A stretch of DNA of 11,564 bases from contig CABMCB010000049.1 of assembly GCA_902384455.1 (NCBI GenBank), positions 1 through 11,564 on the forward strand, in the 5' to 3' direction. Shown in pieces: positions 7,528 through 11,564 of the stretch; the first letter of the stretch is position 1; each line of letters starts with the position of its first letter. The notes beneath the pieces were generated by a model that ran no database searches, was not told the origin of the DNA, and saw only the letters and a list, made by a program, of their open reading frames with translations. The DNA is from an uncultured archaeon. Lineage in GTDB: Archaea > Altiarchaeota > Altiarchaeia > IMC4 > SCGC-AAA252-I15. The translations under genes were made by a program, and so were the position numbers.

Positions 7528-8790
7528 ATGGCAGAAACATTGCTTGTCAAGAGCGTCTGGATGGACGGCAAAAAAAGAGACATCTACGTCGAAGACGGAG
7601 CCATAAGCAAAATAGGCGGCACCCCAAGCAAAGCGGGCATAGTCATCGACGCCAAAGGGCGTAAAGCGGCGTTTCCCGGATTAATCAACTCCCACACGCA
7701 CGCCGCAATGACGCTGCTTAGGGGATACGCCGACGACCTGGAGCTTTCCGACTGGCTCACAAACCACATCTGGCCGAAGGAAGCAAAAATCACCCCGGAC
7801 GACGTCTACTGGGGAACAAGACTCGCATGCCTGGAAATGATTCACTGCGGAACAACATGCTTCAACGACATGTACTTTCACCCCGCAGAAGCCGCCCGCG
7901 CATCAGACGACGCGGGAATGCGGGCGACAGTCTCAGCGCTACTTCTGGACAAAGGCGACAAAGAAAAAGCAGAAACCCAAAAGAAAAACGCAGACAAAAC
8001 CCTGTCTCAACGCCCACAAAAAAAGTCGCTCATAAAAAAAGCAATAGCAATACACAGCGTATACGCCACAAACCCAGAAAACATAAAATGGGCCACAGAA
8101 TACGGCCTAAAACACAAATGCCAAGTGCACACGCACCTCTCGGAAACAAGGTGGGAAAACGAAGACTGCGTACGCCAACACGGAAAAAGGCCCGTAGAGT
8201 ACCTTGACCAATTAGGCGCCCTCACGCCCAATCTGACCGCGGCTCATTGCACTTGGCTGACTAAATCTGAATGCTCAACTCTCGCAGACCGCGGGGTTTC
8301 TGTCGTCCACTGCCCGGTAAGCAACATGAAGCTTGCCACAGGCGGAGTGATGCCTTACCCTGAGCTTAAGCAGGCAGGCGCAAACGTCGCTTTGGGAACT
8401 GACGGCGCCGCAAGCAACAACAGCCTAAACATGCTGGAATCCATGAAGTTCGCCGCATTAATCCAGAAGGCCCACAGGTGGGACCAGACGGTTCTGCCGG
8501 CCAAAGAAGCAATTGCAATGGCCACAAAAGGCGGGGCTCAAGCCCTCAAAATTCCGTCGGGAGAAATCGCTGAAGGAAAACCCGCAGACTTCTTCCTGTT
8601 GGATTTGACGCGCCCGGAAACAACCCCCCACCACAAAATCGAAAGCGACCTGGTCTACTCCAGCAACCCCTCCTGCGTCACAGAGACGATAATCGCAGGA
8701 AAAATTCTGATGAAAGACGGCAAAATAGACAGGGAAGATGAAATCATAGAAAAAGCTTTAAAACAGGCCGAAGACTACATACGCAGGTAA
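7528..8790 (+). CDS. mtaD: Metal-dependent amidohydrolase, 5-methylthioadenosine/S-adenosylhomocysteine (5'-deoxyadenosine) deaminase family
   Basis: Metal ligands in INSHTHAAM (HxH), HTHLSET, AHCTWL and GTDGAASNN. Family motifs LLRGYADDL..WL..HIWP.E, GTTCFNDMYF and HCPVSNMKLATG. Confidence 0.85.
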   Translation: MAETLLVKSVWMDGKKRDIYVEDGAISKIGGTPSKAGIVIDAKGRKAAFPGLINSHTHAAMTLLRGYADDLELSDWLTNHIWPKEAKITPDDVYWGTRLACLEMIHCGTTCFNDMYFHPAEAARASDDAGMRATVSALLLDKGDKEKAETQKKNADKTLSQRPQKKSLIKKAIAIHSVYATNPENIKWATEYGLKHKCQVHTHLSETRWENEDCVRQHGKRPVEYLDQLGALTPNLTAAHCTWLTKSECSTLADRGVSVVHCPVSNMKLATGGVMPYPELKQAGANVALGTDGAASNNSLNMLESMKFAALIQKAHRWDQTVLPAKEAIAMATKGGAQALKIPSGEIAEGKPADFFLLDLTRPETTPHHKIESDLVYSSNPSCVTETIIAGKILMKDGKIDREDEIIEKALKQAEDYIRR

Positions 8791-8792
8791 CC

Positions 8793-8803
8793 TTTTTTTT
8801 ATT
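8793..8803 (+). terminator. Oligo-T tract after mtaD (archaeal intrinsic terminator), possibly doubling as the TATA box of the GNAT gene
   Basis: T8 run (8793-8800) 2 nt after the stop in an otherwise T-poor strand, followed by a pyrimidine-rich stretch. TTTTATT ends 24 nt before ATG 8827. Confidence 0.5.
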
Positions 8804-8826
8804 CTAATCCTTCTTTCTAAGTGCAT

Positions 8827-9321
8827 ATGGAAGCAGCGTTCAGGCCGGTCGAAGAAAAGGACCTTGTTGAAATAAACCGCATAGTCAACGATTTTGAAGT
8901 GGCGCGCTACTTGACTCTGATTCCTCCCGTAAGCCTTGAGGAAACTCGGCAGCACTTTGCGGAAAACAAGAAGCTGGGCAACCCCTGGTACACGATACTT
9001 GTTGACGGCAAAATCGCCGGGAGCTTCATTCTGCGGCGCCAGAAAGGAAACAACAGCCATGTGGCGGTATTCGGAATAAACATAGACAAACCCTACTGGG
9101 GACACGGCGTAGGCGCGCAAGCCCTAGCTTACGCCGAAGAAGAAGGCAGGAAAATAGGCGTAAAAAAGCTGGAACTCGAAGTAGTCCAGGAAAACGAAAG
9201 GGCAGTAAGCCTGTACGAGAAAGACGGGTTCACAATCGAAGGATGCAAAAGGAAGCACACATTCGTAGACGAAGACTACAAAGACACCCTCATAATGGGA
9301 AAATGGATTTGGTCCGAATAA
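8827..9321 (+). CDS. GNAT family N-acetyltransferase (RimJ/RimL/YhhY-like), 164 aa
   Basis: N-terminal FRPVEEKDL, acetyl-CoA binding motif A (IDKPYWGHGVG), motif B (LEVVQENERAVSLYEKDGF..EG) and C-terminal YKDTLIMG. ATG 8827 preferred over GTG 8821. Confidence 0.9.
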   Translation: MEAAFRPVEEKDLVEINRIVNDFEVARYLTLIPPVSLEETRQHFAENKKLGNPWYTILVDGKIAGSFILRRQKGNNSHVAVFGINIDKPYWGHGVGAQALAYAEEEGRKIGVKKLELEVVQENERAVSLYEKDGFTIEGCKRKHTFVDEDYKDTLIMGKWIWSE

Positions 9322-9327
9322 ACCCCC

Positions 9328-10407
9328 CTAATCATCGTCCCTGGCGCTTTGCACATACAACGCCTTAATAGACCTCGCAAACTGAATCCCCTCTTTCTCA
9401 AAACTCCGCTTAATGGCCCGATTAACCTTATCCACCGTAACCGCCTTCTTGTTGACGTCAGCCACCTTATAAACCAACTCAACATTAAGACTGGACTCAC
9501 CAAACTCCTTAAAATAAACAACAGGCTCATCCCTCCCAGAAACGCCCTCAGCACCCTTAATAGCTGCCTTAGCGACATCAATAGCCTTATCCAAATCATC
9601 CGAAGAAGTATCATAAGAAAGACCCAGAACCCCCACAACTCTCACGCGCAAATCAGGCTCAATCACATTCTCAATCTGCTTGCTAACAATCTCAGTGTTA
9701 GGGATGGAAATAATCGTATTCTCCGGCGTCAAAATACGCGTACTCCTAAGCCCCACGTCAATGACCGACCCCTCAATACCCCCGACACGAACAATATCCC
9801 CAATCTTAAAAGGCCGGTCAGTGAAAATCACAGCCCCCCCAAACATGTTCTCCAAAGTGGGCTTCGCAGCCAACGCGACAGCAACACCCCCAACCCCAAG
9901 CCCGGCAACAACAGCAGTAACATTGTACCCGAAATTATCCAAAATGAAAATACCAGCAACAACCCACAAACACACGTTAAAACTGCGAGTAAGAATAGCC
10001 AGCATCTGAACATCCAAAGCACTATCCTTACGAGAAGCCGCAGGAGCAACATACTCCTTAATCATACTGCCGACAAAACGCGAAATAAACCACGTCACAT
10101 CAACAGTAACCAAAGCCAAAAGCACCTCATTTATGAAAGACGCAACCCACTCAGGAAGAACCAAAGTACCAGCCGCAACATAAACCCCGCCCACAGCAAC
10201 CAACAAAGTCAAAGGCTCCTCAACAGTATCAACAAGAATGTCGTCGGCCTTGCTATCCGTCTTGGCCACAAGCCTGCGCATCAGCCCCTTGAATATGAAA
10301 TAAATGGTGCGGGAAAGCAAAATGGAAACTAAAACAACGCCTAAGGCGGCAACATAACCCCCTAAACTATTCCCAAAATAAACATTCGACAGAACCTGAG
10401 CATCCAT
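9328..10407 (-). CDS. mscS: Small-conductance mechanosensitive channel, MscS family (YnaI-like, extra N-terminal TM helices)
   Basis: Pore helix AGLGVGGVAVALAAKPTLENMFGG, then DRPFKIGDIV, GSVIDVGLRSTRI, IPN and FKEFGESSLN. About five hydrophobic segments in the N-terminal half. Converges on the GNAT gene with a 6-bp gap. Confidence 0.95.
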   Translation of the reverse strand: MDAQVLSNVYFGNSLGGYVAALGVVLVSILLSRTIYFIFKGLMRRLVAKTDSKADDILVDTVEEPLTLLVAVGGVYVAAGTLVLPEWVASFINEVLLALVTVDVTWFISRFVGSMIKEYVAPAASRKDSALDVQMLAILTRSFNVCLWVVAGIFILDNFGYNVTAVVAGLGVGGVAVALAAKPTLENMFGGAVIFTDRPFKIGDIVRVGGIEGSVIDVGLRSTRILTPENTIISIPNTEIVSKQIENVIEPDLRVRVVGVLGLSYDTSSDDLDKAIDVAKAAIKGAEGVSGRDEPVVYFKEFGESSLNVELVYKVADVNKKAVTVDKVNRAIKRSFEKEGIQFARSIKALYVQSARDDD

Positions 10408-10485
10408 GAGAACAGATTACTAAACGGCCGCCTAAAAACGTTTAGCGATCAATCTGGCGGAAACAACCCTCCCTCCAAAAGTCCG

Positions 10486-10494
10486 GCTTATTTA
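10486..10494 (+). promoter_or_regulatory. Putative TATA box for the three-ORF cluster (leaderless)
   Basis: GCTTATTTA ends 24 nt before ATG 10518 and is nearly identical to the element upstream of the 7488 minus-strand gene. Confidence 0.5.
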
Positions 10495-10517
10495 CCGGGA
10501 TTACCCTAAACTAAAAT

Positions 10518-10763
10518 ATGGCGGCAGTAGTAACAAAAGACCCTAACATACAAACTCGGACGGCAATCAAGGAAACAGAGCCACCGGAGATTATTCAGCC
10601 GCCTGCATCAAAATCGGTATTGCGCACCAGAGACTCAACAGACGCGTTAAGCCGCTCGCTAGGAAGCATAAACCGTGCGACTGGAACGCTTGGCGCGCAG
10701 ATGAAAACGACCGCCGTAAGGTTCATGAGTGCGGCCGCAGGAAAAATAACCGGCACAAAATGA
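10518..10763 (+). CDS. Small hypothetical protein, 81 aa (Pro-rich N-half, basic amphipathic C-half)
   Basis: ATG at TATA-appropriate distance, fills the space divergent from mscS, and its stop is 1 nt from the next ATG. No family recognised. Confidence 0.6.
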   Translation: MAAVVTKDPNIQTRTAIKETEPPEIIQPPASKSVLRTRDSTDALSRSLGSINRATGTLGAQMKTTAVRFMSAAAGKITGTK

Positions 10764-10764
10764 G

Positions 10765-11025
10765 ATGGCTCAATTAAAAGAAAGAGACTTGGCATATGCA
10801 GCGGCAGGCGCGGCGGTATTAACGTCCTCTCCCGAACTCACCCAATTAGTAGAGTCACAAGGCGCATCGGCGATAACGCATCCTCTTGGAGTAGCAAACT
10901 CACTAGCCGGAAACCTAAATACTATATCCTCAGCAGCAGTTGGACTGGCGTCCAATATTGCTCCTCCTTTACTTGTCTTGGGTTTCATGCGTCTGGGGTT
11001 TGGAAAGATGTTGGAGTCGATTTAA
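10765..11025 (+). CDS. Small Ala/Gly/Leu-rich hydrophobic hypothetical protein, 86 aa, probably membrane-associated
   Basis: TGA-G-ATG coupling upstream and TAA-A-ATG downstream. Hydrophobic segments LAYAAAGAAVL and AAVGLASNIAPPLLVLGFMRLGFG. Confidence 0.65.
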   Translation: MAQLKERDLAYAAAGAAVLTSSPELTQLVESQGASAITHPLGVANSLAGNLNTISSAAVGLASNIAPPLLVLGFMRLGFGKMLESI

Positions 11026-11026
11026 A

Positions 11027-11530
11027 ATGGACGTTTCATTTCAGGACCTTGCGAATCTGGGGCTGACGCCGGAAAAATACGGTCAACTGGACCAGCAAAC
11101 GCAATCCTACGTCATAGGCCGCATAAGGAAAGACCAGGAGATTCGAAACACGGCGTTGATTGCGGAACTGCTGATGGCGATGGCGGAAGAGTTGGGGCCG
11201 GAAAAACCAGCTTACATGGACCCCGTAATCGCATCGCAAAGGCAGGACGTAGCTGAAAACCTGGCAAACATCGCATTGGAATACAAAAAATCAGGTGTTG
11301 CAACAAGCATAAAAGACTTCTATAAAATCAAGTACGGAGGCAAAAGCCGCGAAATACTCACAAGCCAGCTGCAGATACAAAAGCCGGCGGCATCACAGAT
11401 TCCGACGCCGGCCGCACCCGTAGTTCCGATACAAGCCCAAAAAACAGCGCAAACATCCGCGTTCCCGCCCGCCCCGCAAACGCAGCCCACCCAAACGCAA
11501 TACCCTGCGTTCTTTAAAATGAGATTCTGA
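11027..11530 (+). CDS. Hypothetical protein, 167 aa: helical domain, P/Q/A/T-rich linker, aromatic/basic C-terminal tail
   Basis: ATG 11027 (MDVSFQDLANLG...) lies 1 nt after the previous stop and is preferred over TTG 10940, which would overlap the upstream ORF by 86 nt. Confidence 0.75.
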   Translation: MDVSFQDLANLGLTPEKYGQLDQQTQSYVIGRIRKDQEIRNTALIAELLMAMAEELGPEKPAYMDPVIASQRQDVAENLANIALEYKKSGVATSIKDFYKIKYGGKSREILTSQLQIQKPAASQIPTPAAPVVPIQAQKTAQTSAFPPAPQTQPTQTQYPAFFKMRF

Positions 11531-11564
11531 CAATTGTCATCTACACCCAAATACCCGCCCACAC

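Noticed and set aside
7528-8790. The deaminase gene as the cause of the deamination-like strand skew
   Set aside because: It is a TIM-barrel amidohydrolase of the MTA/SAH family acting on free nucleosides, not a CDA-fold (APOBEC/TadA-like) polynucleotide deaminase.
9349-10332. 327-aa ORF antisense to mscS
   Set aside because: It is in codon register with mscS. A stop would need TTA, CTA or TCA in mscS, and A-ending codons are depleted there by the skew. The N/H/P/Q-rich product is a compositional shadow.
11027-11130. Faint villin-headpiece-like pattern (F..L..LGLT.E.Y..L....Q) at the N-terminus of the 167-aa ORF
   Set aside because: It lacks the conserved Trp and KKEK actin-binding residues, and the G-L-T-x-E-x helix-cap pattern is generic.
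11528-11539. Perfect 12-bp palindrome TGACAATTGTCA over the last stop codon
   Set aside because: About 3 palindromes of this length are expected by chance in 11.5 kb (11564/4^6). There is no second copy, and the downstream context is outside the window.
1-11564. CRISPR array, tRNA/rRNA, IS element, DGR template repeat, replication origin or alternative genetic code
   Set aside because: Intergenic gaps are at most 110 bp with no spaced repeats, cloverleafs or ORB boxes seen. No transposase or reverse transcriptase ORF is present, and conserved genes are full length under the standard archaeal code.

Overview
Archaeal chromosomal segment, identified by a family D DNA polymerase and TATA-type, apparently leaderless promoters. 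The lineage cannot be fixed from sequence alone. Gene order: a 5'-truncated hypothetical gene (+), a short SerA-like D-2-hydroxyacid dehydrogenase (+), abutting PolD DP1 and DP2 genes (+), a single-TM Ig-like protein (-), an MTA/SAH-deaminase-like amidohydrolase (+), a RimJ/RimL-type GNAT (+), an MscS channel (-), and a tightly coupled cluster of three small unknown ORFs (+). No RNA gene, CRISPR array, transposase or intein is evident. The most unusual signal is an extreme, patchy A+C versus G+T strand skew at synonymous sites. It follows the DNA strand rather than gene direction, and it switches off or reverses abruptly inside genes, resembling the ssDNA-deamination signature of animal mitochondrial DNA. 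DP2 also appears to have lost all four cysteines of one central zinc site, and the terminal three-gene operon is uncharacterised.
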